A stretch of DNA of 64,000 nt, taken from Flectonema sp. DT1601. Taxonomy: Eukaryota. The notes under the pieces were generated by a model. It searched no databases. It saw nothing but the letters and a program-made list of their open reading frames with translations, and was not told where the DNA came from. This document shows, piece by piece, positions 1 to 11,655 of the stretch. Each line of letters opens with the position of its first letter. The stretch's first letter is position 1. Made by a program: the position numbers and the translations under genes. Location of the stretch: contig OZ025789.1 of NCBI GenBank assembly GCA_964019425.1, forward strand, positions 1,364,001 to 1,428,000, given 5' to 3'.

Positions 1-23
1 TGGATACGTCACGGGCATCGTTG

Positions 24-1154
24 ATGTTAAGTAAAATGAATACCAGTCACTCTGAACTCGACACCCAAAGTACGATTAAAGTACAACGACATGATGATGA
101 GAGCGCTATCACTACAGCCACACCAACACCTGCACTGACTCCCGAAGAGGCTTTCGCCAATGCTATGGAATTTATTACGAGTTTGAAAGAAAGTGGAACA
201 AATGCTAAGACACCACTACTTGACACAATCAGAGGTGTTGGTCCATCACAGTCACCTCGTAGGATTGGTGGGACTGCTGCTCCTCCAGTAAGAAATATTG
301 AATCTCCGAGAAGAATACCACCGACTGCTAGTATTCAGGAATTAGAAGCAGAAAGTGGTCGTATTATTGCTCAAAGTGCATCTTTCAGAAAAATATTGAC
401 TCGCAGTAAGTCAACTCCTGGAAACGTTCCTCGTTATGACTCCAAAGCATCAGCGGTAGCAGCAGCAGTAAAACAACTTCCAGGATGGTCCTTACCTGAC
501 TTGACTGATCCTCTACTAACTGAAGCACTTGTTGAAGCTCTCTGTGTCAAGGATGATTCAGGTGCTTGGATCCCTGATGGGGGAGTCATTAAAAGTGTTC
601 GTAAGAGAGCTACTAAGGAAATCAAAGAAGTAGTTTCAGTTCACTTCAACGATCTCACCCGCCAAGAAGAAACCATTCGAAACGACTATTTCTTTGATGA
701 GAATGTCGCATTTGATAAAATACGTTCTTTAGAAATGAGAGAAAAGGCAGTTTCCTGGTCAGCCTCAGTCCGAAATGAACTGAACAAGAGAAAGCCGAGT
801 ACTGCACAGGCTACTCCAATTAATCCAGATGACCTGTCTCAGTGGTTGGTAGGTAAAGGAATGTCACCTGTTGAGGCTAATTTCTTTGTAAGTACTTCAC
901 TTCCAAGTAACTCGACACCTATTCATATTCCATCAGCTGCGACTGTTGATGTACCAGCAGCACAGCCAACTGTTGGTATTTGTAGAATTCCTGCACCAGC
1001 AGAAGTATTGTTTGGGTGTGAGAATCCTCTTCAGTCTCCAATTCGATCGGATACGTTTTCTCAACCTGTTCAGCAACTTTCTTCTTCATCAAATTGGAGA
1101 AGAGTTGAAGAAGAAGTTGACGGAATGATACTCGTTCATTGGGTTCGTGATTAG
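24..1154 (+). CDS. Hypothetical protein (Ser/Pro/Thr-rich; may begin upstream of the window)
   Basis: Long ORF on the coding strand. First ATG at 24, but the frame is open back to the window edge. No family recognised. Confidence 0.65.
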   Translation: MLSKMNTSHSELDTQSTIKVQRHDDESAITTATPTPALTPEEAFANAMEFITSLKESGTNAKTPLLDTIRGVGPSQSPRRIGGTAAPPVRNIESPRRIPPTASIQELEAESGRIIAQSASFRKILTRSKSTPGNVPRYDSKASAVAAAVKQLPGWSLPDLTDPLLTEALVEALCVKDDSGAWIPDGGVIKSVRKRATKEIKEVVSVHFNDLTRQEETIRNDYFFDENVAFDKIRSLEMREKAVSWSASVRNELNKRKPSTAQATPINPDDLSQWLVGKGMSPVEANFFVSTSLPSNSTPIHIPSAATVDVPAAQPTVGICRIPAPAEVLFGCENPLQSPIRSDTFSQPVQQLSSSSNWRRVEEEVDGMILVHWVRD

Positions 1155-1423
1155 TCTTCACTACGTGTAATTAATCATCTTTGTTTCGAAGCGTACCTTA
1201 TCAGAAGAAAATATCAACTCTGTTGGTGTAATTGTTATTTTTTTTTTTTAAATTGTTCTGTAATAGATAACCTTAGACCCCCTCCCCTCCCTTCCCAATA
1301 TTCAAAACTGTTTGTTGTAACCTCGTGTTAAAAAATACAGAGTCGATTCTTTTATTGATTAATAATATCATAGATATTGATGTCTTTGTGATAATATTAT
1401 TTCAGCTATTTCAGTTCATAAAA

Positions 1424-2104
1424 ATGGTTCACGGATCTCCAAACGGTCAACGGATGCGAAACGTCTCAACAGAAAGAGAAAGGAGACGCCTCCGCAGTAA
1501 AATTGCAGCTGCTGAAAAATTGGTTTCGGGAGCTCCCGATAAGGAAATAAAACCTTTTATGGCAGGCACTACTACCCGGTGTCGACAAAATGGAGGAAAA
1601 TCTACAAAGAATTTGGTAAAAGAGTACGCAATAGTAGCGAAGATTACCGGAGATGGTAACCGATTAGAGTTATTGGCTGAACCAAAGAGACACTCGGTAA
1701 CTGTGATGATTCAAAAAGGACCTGGAAGTACTTTAAAAATACCTGCAGTAGTACACAATGGCGATACCGTCAGTGTCATAGACTGTGAGTCAGGATGGCG
1801 TTACAAAGGAAGTGAATTCGTTCGCGTAGTCCGATCAGATGGCACTGAGGGATATATACAGAAATTCCACCTCGACGTTACTTCTGACTTTGGAGGTAGA
1901 GATTCTTGGCGGCAGCCACGACAATACAACGACCTCCTACCCGATTGTAAAATGACTCGCGAGCGAGTAATAAAGGAAGGCTCACGAGCCCCATATAAAT
2001 ACTACTCTCCAGGATCAGCACCCCTTGACTGGGTAAGGGAACACGTGAAGTTATCAACAAGGTCTGCTGTAACAGAATCTAGATACTTCGATCCTTATAA
2101 CTGA
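1424..2104 (+). CDS. Hypothetical protein with a possible SH3-like domain
   Basis: ATG at 1424 follows T-rich acceptors (tatttcag ending at 1405 and 1414). The segment VVHNGDTVSVIDCESGW...VRVVRSDGTEGYIQKFHL resembles an SH3-fold pattern (inference). Confidence 0.65.
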   Translation: MVHGSPNGQRMRNVSTERERRRLRSKIAAAEKLVSGAPDKEIKPFMAGTTTRCRQNGGKSTKNLVKEYAIVAKITGDGNRLELLAEPKRHSVTVMIQKGPGSTLKIPAVVHNGDTVSVIDCESGWRYKGSEFVRVVRSDGTEGYIQKFHLDVTSDFGGRDSWRQPRQYNDLLPDCKMTRERVIKEGSRAPYKYYSPGSAPLDWVREHVKLSTRSAVTESRYFDPYN

Positions 2105-2342
2105 TGTGTGCTATAATCGTAATCAGAAGCAAATATTTCAGCTGACCTGCAAACTCGAGTTGCTTCTCAGTTGAGATATTTATTGTATTAGTAGACCTCC
2201 TGAGTCTTATTCTTTTCGGGTTGAGTACATCTACTTTGTTGTTGAATGTCGCAGATCTGATAGTTGTATTGTTTTGTTTTATATTAAGTCTGTTGGATAA
2301 TGTAACTATTTTGTAACTTTATTTCTTAACTCAGCAGCCAAC

Positions 2343-4211
2343 ATGATTGCGGCGCTATTAGTGTCGTTGACTGCGGTGTCTGTGTTGGATGTTGACTGTA
2401 AGGGAGACGATCTCTTTATCGACGGAGTGTACCAAAAAGCATGCGACCTGTCGCTAGAGACCTGCAAACAGAAATGTCAGGACACTCCTCAGTGTGGTGC
2501 TTACGTATACAATTATCAACAAGGACAGGGTGAGAACCCACAATGGACTGACGGCTGCTGTTGGTTGAAGCAGCAGTGCAGCAACAAGGTACAAATGAAC
2601 GGTAAAATTCACGAGGTAATTCGTGAAGTCACTGCGCAAGCGAAGGATTCTGACTGCAAGGGAGACGATCTCTTCATAAACGGGGTGTACCAAAAAACGT
2701 GTGAAATCACATTGGAGACCTGCAAACAGAAGTGCCAAGACACTCCTCAATGTGGTGCCTACGTATACAATTATCAACAAGGACAGGGTGAGAACCCACA
2801 ATGGACTGACGGCTGCTGTTGGCTGAAGCAGCAGTGCAGTAACAAGGTACAAATGAACGGTAAAATTCACGAGGTAATTCGTGAAGTCACTGCGCAAGTG
2901 AAGGATTCCGACTGTAAGGGAGACGATCTCTTTATCGACGGAGTGTACCAAAAGACATGCGACCTGTCGCTAGAGACCTGCAAACAGAAGTGCCAAGACA
3001 CTCCTCAGTGTGGTGCTTACGTATACAATTATCAACAAGGACAGGGTGAGAACCCACAATGGACTGACGGCTGCTGTTGGCTGAAGCAGCAGTGCAGTAA
3101 CAAGGTACAAATGAACGGTAAAATTCACGAGGTAATTCGTGAAGTTGCTGATGAAAAACCGAAACCACAAACACCTGAAAAGAGAAAGGACTCCGACTAC
3201 GGTCCAATACAAATCTCAGAAGTGATATTCAAAGATAAGAACGGAGTTATTCAAAAACCTTCTTCTGTAGAAGTTCCAGAAGGAAACAGTCCTGCGGGAG
3301 AAGGTGCTGATAATTTAATTGACAACGACCCAAACACAAAGTGGTTGGAATTCACACACGCTCCCGTTATATTTAAGTTCGAGAAGGAAGTAGAGATAAG
3401 TGAATATTCATTCATTACTGCAAACGATGCTCAACAACGAGATCCTGTTGAGTGGAACTTACAAGTGAATGGTGTGACTGTTTCTGAAGTAAGAACTGGT
3501 GATGATGTGTTTCCGTTGGGTCGATTTGAGACAACTCGCTGGTTATCAATTGAAGTAATTCCAACGTCAATAATAACATTCAAACCTTTAATTACTAGAG
3601 GAATGCCTCATGGAATCGTAACTCATACTTTATCTTCAGCTAATCATACAATTTGGGACATCTCATGTGAAGGAAACGATCTCGTTGTTGACGGACACTA
3701 CCAAAGAGGATGCGGTATTCAGGAATCACTTTGTAGCTTAGTCTGCTCTCGAACTCCATCATGTGCTCTTTACACTTTTCAATATCAAAATGAAGGTCCA
3801 TTCCCACTTCATGACTCTTCGTGTTGCTCTCTTAAATCACAGTGTACAGATCATCGAATAATGTATGGTAATAAAGTTGTATTAATGAGACACTCTGTCA
3901 TGGTAGTTGATTATCAACAGAAAACTCTCAAAGATCGAATTGCTGAAGTCATGCGCAGTGAAGGAATCACCTCAGCCGGTGATGCTCTCGACGTCTTGTC
4001 GAATGAATTTGGTGCTGAGAATGTCATTGCGGCAGCGGAAAGTTGGGTTCTTGAAAATCATGAGCAGCCTTTGGAAGAAGAGATCGAGGAACCAGAGCAG
4101 CCACTTCCGTTCTTTGTTCTTCCGAAAAAGATAACTCCTCGGCCGCATTTTGAGCTTTTACGTGCACTGCAGTTGCAAAAGCGCCCAGAAGGTCAAAGCG
4201 AGCCTCAATAA
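2343..4211 (+). CDS. Secreted protein: 3 tandem PAN/apple-like domains, an F5/8-type-C (discoidin)-like domain and a fourth divergent PAN-like domain
   Basis: Hydrophobic N-terminal signal. Cys pattern C..C...C....C.AY.Y...CCWLK occurs three times. NSP.GEG..NLID.DPNTKWL...Y.F.TANDA..RDP..W motif is typical of F5/8-like carbohydrate-binding modules. Confidence 0.8.
   Translation: MIAALLVSLTAVSVLDVDCKGDDLFIDGVYQKACDLSLETCKQKCQDTPQCGAYVYNYQQGQGENPQWTDGCCWLKQQCSNKVQMNGKIHEVIREVTAQAKDSDCKGDDLFINGVYQKTCEITLETCKQKCQDTPQCGAYVYNYQQGQGENPQWTDGCCWLKQQCSNKVQMNGKIHEVIREVTAQVKDSDCKGDDLFIDGVYQKTCDLSLETCKQKCQDTPQCGAYVYNYQQGQGENPQWTDGCCWLKQQCSNKVQMNGKIHEVIREVADEKPKPQTPEKRKDSDYGPIQISEVIFKDKNGVIQKPSSVEVPEGNSPAGEGADNLIDNDPNTKWLEFTHAPVIFKFEKEVEISEYSFITANDAQQRDPVEWNLQVNGVTVSEVRTGDDVFPLGRFETTRWLSIEVIPTSIITFKPLITRGMPHGIVTHTLSSANHTIWDISCEGNDLVVDGHYQRGCGIQESLCSLVCSRTPSCALYTFQYQNEGPFPLHDSSCCSLKSQCTDHRIMYGNKVVLMRHSVMVVDYQQKTLKDRIAEVMRSEGITSAGDALDVLSNEFGAENVIAAAESWVLENHEQPLEEEIEEPEQPLPFFVLPKKITPRPHFELLRALQLQKRPEGQSEPQ
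2394..3146 (+). repeat. Intragenic tandem repeat, ~3 x 258 bp (86 aa)
   Basis: Units start at 2394, 2652 and 2910 (gactg[t/c]aagggagacgatctc) and are nearly identical. Confidence 0.95.
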
Positions 4212-4634
4212 TGCAACTGCATGTTGTTCACGGTGTTTGAAACAATCGGAATGTGCGGCTCTGTCTCAATTTTCCAACACAAAGGTCGTTAACACTCCAA
4301 TACGAATATTAGAGATCGTTTTGTACCTTATTTAGTGAAAAGCATTCACAGCGATACTCAAAAAAAAAAAAAAAAAAAACAATGAAAAAGACAACTTGTT
4401 TGTGCCTCATGGCAGAGTGTGTTGTCAATTCTTTTTGACAGTCGGTCTAGCGACGTGTTCATCAAATAAAATTTATATTTTTTTGTGATAACTTTTTTAT
4501 TTTAATTTTAAAGTCAGTAATCTCAAATATAGATCCTCCTGAGAGGTACGCTCATCACATCGGTAATCATGTGGTTTTATTAACTATCGAAACCCCCCCA
4601 CATCAGAAAACCTTTATAACAAAACACTTTAACA

Positions 4635-4913
4635 ATGTGCACTACCTACCAGGAGTTCTCTGACAAGTTGGACAGACTTGATGCCGAGTTCAGCAAGAAG
4701 ATGGAAGAGCAGAACAAGAAGTTCTTTGCTGACAAACCAGACGAGAGCACTCTCTCACCGGAAATGAAGGAGCACTACGACAAGTTTGAGAAGATGATTA
4801 AGGAACACACTGACAAGTTCAACAAGAAGATGAGAGACCACTCTGGACACTTCAAACAGAAGTTCCAGGAGCTTCTTGAACAGCAGAAGAACGCTCAGTT
4901 CCCAGGTAAGTAA
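4635..4913 (+). CDS. KMP11: Kinetoplastid membrane protein 11
   Basis: 92 aa, MCTTYQEFSDKLDRLDAEFSKKMEEQNKKFFADKPDESTLSPEMKEHY...HFKQKFQELLEQQKNAQFPGK, matching the known KMP-11 sequence and length. Confidence 0.97.
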   Translation: MCTTYQEFSDKLDRLDAEFSKKMEEQNKKFFADKPDESTLSPEMKEHYDKFEKMIKEHTDKFNKKMRDHSGHFKQKFQELLEQQKNAQFPGK

Positions 4914-5398
4914 AATTCCTGAAGAAGGGGGAAAAAAATAATAGAAAAAAAAAAAATATTCCAAAAAAAAAAAATATAGAGTTGAAAGAGTCTTTAATTT
5001 ATTTTATTTTTCCTTTTTTTTATTTTGTCCCAACATTGAGTAATTGGCATTGCAAGGGAGAACATGTCAGATTTTCTTGTTGTAGGGATCAATTTCTTTT
5101 TTTTTTATTTTATTTTCTGTTTTTTTTTTTTTTAAAATTCCTTTATTTTTTTATTTTGTAGTTTAGTAACGAGAGCCACTACGGAAGTAGGATAAGTCAC
5201 TTTTGGCTAGCCACTTCCTGTTAGGGGTTAGCGTTGTCTTAATTTGTTAACAAACACCAGTAGCTTGAAATAATTTTTAAACTTCCCCTTTTCACTCATA
5301 GGACTAAAAAACCATATTGCAGATAAAGGAACTTTAGGTAGTAAATTGTCGTGTAAAATATATTTGTTTATAAAAAAGACTTAAGAGTTGTATTAAAT

Positions 5399-6154
5399 AT
5401 GGTATCGGAGTTCAGCACGTACGAAAAGCTAAAGAGACAACGTGAAGCAAAAGAGAAAAACAAAAAGAGATATGAGTGTGATACTCAAAGCAGCTTTGCG
5501 AGAAAGACAAGTACCGACCCGTTGGGAAAGATAAGAAGCATCACACCAACGAAGTTAAATCACAGGAGTCTAACCCCACCTCCTATCGGTGGAGGACTTG
5601 CAAGAATTAGTAGAGCAGCAGAGAGTGGTAGAGAGGCTTATCAACAACAACTACATAGACTGTCTGGTGGTCCTGACACACCTCACGTGTACTCTTCTTC
5701 ATATGGATCAAGTTCTATGGGTCAAGGGAAGAGTCCTGGAAGTGGTATTTCACTCCGCTCTCGCTCCCCTCGGTTTGGACCTAACCCTGCAGCACCTAAC
5801 ATGGGACCTCTTTATCCAGTTTCACTGAACAGAAACTCTTCTTACGTAGGACCATATCACAGAGAATCTGTTGCCTTACAAGAACACAGGGGTGCGAGCA
5901 TAGGAAGTGAGATTCGCGATTGCGTTCCAGAAGATGAACGAGGAGCAAAGAGGAGGACACACTCAGGATCCCATTCCCCACCTTCTTGTAGTTATGAATC
6001 ATCGGTATGACATAATTATTGTCTTTAATAAAGTGTGAGCCTTACTTAGGTTTAAATAAATAACACAAAACAGAGACGTAGTCGCAGTCCTGGAGGACTC
6101 TCTTCGACTAACGGAGAATCACCATCTATTAAAGCTTATTCACCGAGAAAATAG
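5399..6154 (+). CDS. Hypothetical Ser/Arg/Pro/Gly-rich protein, 2 exons (5399-6004, 6074-6154; 228 aa)
   Basis: Phase-0 intron 6005-6073 (GTATGA...AAAACAG) removes the apparent stop and adds RRSRSPGGLSSTNGESPSIKAYSPRK*, which matches the composition of exon 1. Confidence 0.75.
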
Positions 6155-6442
6155 TGTGATCTGAATCTTGTTGAATTGAGCTGTTGGTTTATTGAATTTG
6201 TTTTCAACCTGACGTTCAGCTCAACGCAGTCTTCGAATCGAAAACGTTGTTGTACGAATAATAATTGTGAGAGTAGCTGTACTCTCTGTGACTTCTGTTT
6301 AATTTGATATTACTATTCCTTCGAAAATTTTTTTTTTTTTTTTTTTTTTCCCCTTTCTCTTTTTTTTAGTTTTTCAAAAAATGATACAATAATCATGGTT
6401 AATATACCCAAGGAAAAACCTTTGACAAAACTGCAGTTTCTT

Positions 6443-6481
<39 letters not shown>

Positions 6482-8283
6482 TTGCTTTACTTCGAGTTCC
6501 CGCTGGTGAGTCTCGCTGATGAGCTAGTTGGTGATTTTTGAAAATTTATCGTTCTTTTTTCTTCTTTTCTTTTCGTATTCTGTCTCGAGTGTCAACAATT
6601 ACATTCAGCGTGAGAACTTTTACTATTATCTGTCATATGTGATGCGTTCACAGTCTAAATAGTTCCGAGGCATGTGCTCTGCCACAAGCGAGTACGTTCC
6701 GTAGCAGCAGGAACAGAATAGTCTTTACCCATGACTGAATGTAAGGAATGTTTACTTCTCTTATATTATAAATATTATTGTAAGATTCAGATAAGTACTT
6801 CACGACTGAATACTCATATAAGCGTATTCCTTCTTTTATATGTTATAAGGTGTGTGTGTGTACTCCGCAAAAAGCGAGTATTCTACAAACAGTTTTTTTT
6901 ATGATTTCAATAGTTTTTCCTGTGGCAGCAGGAACACATGCATAATCTGTAGTTTTCTTTTTTTTTTTTTCCCCCCTTCTTTTGCTTCAAATAAGGAGGG
7001 GTGAGAGTCAATGACTCTCTCACATGAAATGACGAAGTTGCTCTAAAATAGTTTTATTGCGTTGCAAATGAGTCGCTTGATCATCATTAACTTCACTATG
7101 ACAAGGTACATCATAGGTCACTGACTAATATGAGTATTTATCATCCGTTGACGAAAGATATAAAAAAAGGAAACCTTTTTTTTTTTTTTTTTTAAAAGTC
7201 AGAGAAAAATAACTTTGCGAGAATCCGTGAATATGCGACTTCTGAGAAATCAACGCGTTGGTTTCAGTTTCTGAAGAAACCAGAAGTGGAGGAATTAATC
7301 ATATCACGGTTATTTTTTTTCCATTTTTTTTTTTTTTTGTTTGTTACCCCCCTCTGTGATGAGTATCAGATTTCTGAAACTCTCAATCCAACCTTTCTTT
7401 GATTAACAACTACAAATATTTTTCAGTCAAGTACTTTGATATTAATTTTGTTTTTAATACCCTAAAGTTGTTACTGTTTTTACATTGTCAAAGTTTCACC
7501 CCCTGTGATGAGTATCAAATTTGTGATTCTCTCCATCCAACCATCTAACGAACACCAACGTTGGGTCGTTTTGGTGTAATGCGATCTATCATTTTGTGAT
7601 GACGATGTGTTTTTATGTGTCTCACAACACTTATCGAGAAAAAGTAATTCGAGATTTCTGGGAATACAGAACATGGTAGAATCAATTGTTACAGGACCCT
7701 TTCGGCAAGAAAATCGTACTTCCGTTTCGTTTTTTACGATAGAAAACCTATATTTCCTCTTATTCTCTTTTGATTTTTGTGTTATCCCCCCAATTTTTTA
7801 TCTTTACATCTTTGGGAAGGATATTTTTTTTTTTTGCCTTAGTGCAATTTTTTTTTTAAATTTTTTTTTTATAATTAACTAATGGATATAAAGAGGAAAA
7901 CGACTGATTGAATGAAGGAAAAAAGGAAAGGTTTTTTTTTTTTTTTTTTTTTTGTTGTACTCCGTCTTTTTTCTTCTTTTTTGTTAGACGCAGGACTTAT
8001 TGGTTATTTTGTTATTCTTCCCCCCCTTGAAGCCATCATCATGTATACCAACACTAACATAGCCTTAACTCATAACTAATGTTAAATTATCGTTATGTTG
8101 TTTATGATACAATACATTTGTATTTTACGTACAAACTCGAAAAGTTTATCCCCTGAACATCATCATAACGACAAAGGGTGAAAAAACCGAAAAATGCGAT
8201 AGTTCATAATACCCAATAAGGCATAGAGTAACTTTGTTATAAGTGTAATGTTTTATTTTGTCAGGTAGTCGTATTTGTCACAA

Positions 8284-10132
8284 ATGTCTGAGGCAAAGCA
8301 GCCTCCGTCTGACCATCAAATGATGGAAAAGAAACTAAAGCTCTGGGACAGTGAGCGGAAACATCATTTTGAATCGAGTCAAGTGACAATGAAACAGAAC
8401 AACGAGCAAATTAGAACTCTGCGACAGGAGAATAAAGAATTAGCTGCCAGGGCAAGGCTATCAAGGGAAGGTTCGCAAGGTAACAGTGAAGAGTATCATC
8501 AAAGGAAGACTGATATATTAGGAATGCAAATTCATCAAAAGCGAAGAATTCTTGACGATCTAAAAGCCAGATGCGATCAGAAAAAAAAAGAAGCCTCCCG
8601 AAGTGAAGAAATCATTCTACATTTACACACAGAAACCCAACCCGTCTATAAAGAAGAAAGTCCTTTAGATAGAAAAATTAGAATGCTTGAGAATCGACTT
8701 GATAAAAGTATGATTAAATACAATGAAGCAATGTCTATAAGAAGAACCTACGAACAGATAGTACGGAGGCTGAAAGATGAACGAGTTGGTTTCGATAACC
8801 AACTAGCGGCTATTGAGAGAACATTAAAAGCGAAAGATCACGACTACCAAGAACTCCTCAACATGAGTCACGACGCAGCCCATGCCAAAGATATCGCCAG
8901 AGCAGAACTCGCGCAGTTCAAGGCAGCTTACGAAGAAGAAAAACGTCAAAAAGACAAAGAGCTGGAGGAACGAAAAAAGTATGTCTACTTTATGTGTAGC
9001 AGGGATCAGTCAACTTTTTACCCACAGAGATAATATAAATATCAACTAAACAGACTCGTACAACGAAGACTTGACCAAACACAACGCCTAGAAAAGAGCG
9101 AAAAGCTACGAAGGCAAGAAGAAGAATTGGCTGCTAAGAAGGAAGCCGAGGAGCGAGAGAAGGAGAAGGGACTGCGGGTATGTACAACTCTGTTGTTTTG
9201 AAGTATCAAAAGTATAAAATTAAAAACCAAAAACAGGCAACCAGCGATGTAAAAACTGTTGAAGAAAGAGAACGAGAAGAGGAATACGAAATGCATTTCA
9301 AAAAGATAAAAGAAGCCACCGTATGTAATCAGAAACAAAACGTATTACCCCACTTGTTATACAGTCTGTTCACACAACACTAACAGGGCGTCACTGACAC
9401 TGACGAATCCTCAGCTGTAACACAAGTTATTAATAAGTTTCTTACACAAGAAGAAACACATAAATCTCTGGTTGAAATGACAAAGGAAGCGCAAGCTCGG
9501 ATTGCTGCCTGGTATGTACCACATTGTGTTGACTAGCAGTTTTTGTTGAATATTAATAAAAAGAAATTTTTTTTTTAAAAAAAAACAGTCAAACTGAAAA
9601 GACTGACCTGGGAGCTCGCGTAGAGGAGATGAAATACAGCGGCACTGGTCAGCTTGGCAGTCGTCGTATTGTAGACGAGTTTGAAACTCATTTAGCAGAA
9701 GCCCGACACCAATGTGAGAAAAATAGAAATAAATATGAGAGAGTAGCGAAGGTACTAATTAATGTCAAAGCAGGTGTTCAACATTTAGCAGAGAAGTTAG
9801 CGACGTTGAAGTCTGAAGGTCCGATTGTTGTGACAGATGAGAACGTGTTGACTGTACTAAAACAAAGTGATGTCAAACTTCAAGGATTGATTGAAGAAAG
9901 TATTCCTGTTGACGGAACTGATGCTCCACTACCTGATACTATAGAACTCCCTGCTCATAACAGGCGTATTAAAATACCTGCTGAAGCAGAGGCTGAAGAA
10001 ATAGTTGATGAGGAAGACGACGAAGAAGTTGACGACCTCATGGATCGCGACACTGTTAAAAAACTAGCAACAATGGCTGTTCAACGTGAACACAAAAAGA
10101 TGAAGAAACGAGGTAAGAAAACGAAGGATTAA
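8284..10132 (+). CDS. Outer dynein arm docking complex coiled-coil subunit, CCDC151/ODAD3/DC1-like; 5 exons (8284-8978, 9054-9177, 9237-9320, 9387-9511, 9589-10132; 523 aa)
   Basis: Motifs RMLENRLDK.MIKYNEA.SIR.TYEQIV.RL..ER.GFDNQL and KIKEATGVTD. Four GTATGT...AACAG introns (75, 59, 66, 77 nt) join the ORF pieces into one open frame. Confidence 0.88.
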
Positions 10133-10749
10133 TAACCCTTATAACCTCAACAGAATTCTATTCTTCCAGCGATGAGTAATAATGAATGTACTTTATATCT
10201 TTATCCTGTTAGTTGTTGTTACCCAGAAAATGAGATTGTCATCACCCTGCAAATCGGGTTGTGTTACACACTATATTTTTGAAAAGAAGAAAAAAAAGAA
10301 AAGGTAATAAAAAAAAAAAAAAGAACATTATTTCCATAATGTGCTTTCAAGCGGCCTCTCCCTGTCTCTCCCTTCTCTGAATGAGTCAATACACAGTGGT
10401 GCTAATCGAAGGTTATGTGAACCGTTATTTGATTATTTACATGTGCTAATGACTTGCACAGTTTGTGTTTCTGTTGTGTTACTTTATAGCAATGAAGTAT
10501 TCTTTTTACACATTAGGTTCATCTGTGGTAGTTGTTAACCATGTAGAAGGTGATTCCTAGTAGTCAGTAAGGAAAGGTGTACATGAGATCCGTTGAATGT
10601 TCTTAATATTTGTCTCAGGTGGTCAACAATTTATTTCTCAAACAGGATCAAATGTAAATAACTGACCGGAAGTTTTATAATGAAATGAGTGAAGACGTGT
10701 AGTTGAGACCCTCAATCACAATACACTTTTCCAGACATCAGATATCAAA

Positions 10750-11655
10750 ATGGCCGAAATACCGAAGCCGCTTTCAAAGTTCGCAACCTTCGGGACTGCG
10801 GGTATGGGAGGAGTTATGGGATGGTGGATTGTTCATCCATTCAATACTCTCGCTGTGAGGATGTCATTGGCTTCTGCTGGTGGAGAAAAGGTTCAAGGAC
10901 TGCTTCCATTCGCTAAGCAGATGGTTCAAAAAGAAGGAGTAGGATCTCTGTATAAAGGAATTGGTGCTGGTACCCTCCGTCAGATATTCTACGCTACTTC
11001 AAGATTTGGATTATTTGAAGTCTTCAGAGACAAAATCGCTGAGAGGAGAGGAGGAGAAGTAGACTTCGTCACTAGACTTGTAGCAGGTTCCGTCAGTGGA
11101 GGATGTGCTGCGTTACTTTCATGTCCTGCAGAAGTATCTCTTGTAAGAATGTCTAACGACAATGCGCTTCCACTTAATGAACGTCGTAACTATAAGAACG
11201 TCGTTGATGCTTTTGCTAGAACAGCAAAGGAAGATGGACCACTCGCCTTCTGGAGAGGATCGACTCCTTTCTGTACTCGTTGTATTATTGTTGGATGTTT
11301 TCAGGTTGCTACTTATGATCAGTTCAAACAGTTCTTTAGTACCAAATTAAACATTGAGAAGAATGGTGTCGCTAACATTGCTCTCAGTGCTAACGTCGCA
11401 TCCTTGATATACAGTTTTATTACTATGCCATTAGAGACTGCTAAAAACAGAATGGCATTTCAGAAAGCACTTCCTTCTGGAGAACTTCCATATTCATCAA
11501 CCATGTCAACTCTTTCAAAGATTGCAACAACTGAAGGATTCACCAGCTTGTGGAATGGATACTTGCCATACTTTGGTCGTTGTGGAGGACACACAGTTTC
11601 TATGTTCATCTTTGTTGAACAGCTTCGTCAGGCCTACCGTCAGTACCACGATTAA
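10750..11655 (+). CDS. Mitochondrial carrier family protein, 2-oxoglutarate/malate (dicarboxylate) carrier-like
   Basis: 301 aa with three Px[DE]xx[KR]xRM-type signatures (PFNTLAVRM, PAEVSLVRM, PLETAKNRM). LRQIFYATSRFG and LP..ERRNYKNV motifs fit the SLC25A10/A11 group. Confidence 0.92.
   Translation: MAEIPKPLSKFATFGTAGMGGVMGWWIVHPFNTLAVRMSLASAGGEKVQGLLPFAKQMVQKEGVGSLYKGIGAGTLRQIFYATSRFGLFEVFRDKIAERRGGEVDFVTRLVAGSVSGGCAALLSCPAEVSLVRMSNDNALPLNERRNYKNVVDAFARTAKEDGPLAFWRGSTPFCTRCIIVGCFQVATYDQFKQFFSTKLNIEKNGVANIALSANVASLIYSFITMPLETAKNRMAFQKALPSGELPYSSTMSTLSKIATTEGFTSLWNGYLPYFGRCGGHTVSMFIFVEQLRQAYRQYHD

Noticed and set aside
4546..4606. Possible 5' UTR intron upstream of KMP-11
   Set aside because: GTACGC...ATCAG matches neither the GTATG nor the AACAG consensus seen in the other introns, and there is no frame constraint to test it.
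7355..7380. Box C/D snoRNA or hammerhead-like motif (gtgatga...ctgaaac)
   Set aside because: The boxes are too close for a snoRNA, the core lacks C3 and supporting stems, and the nearby duplicate does not conserve the motif.
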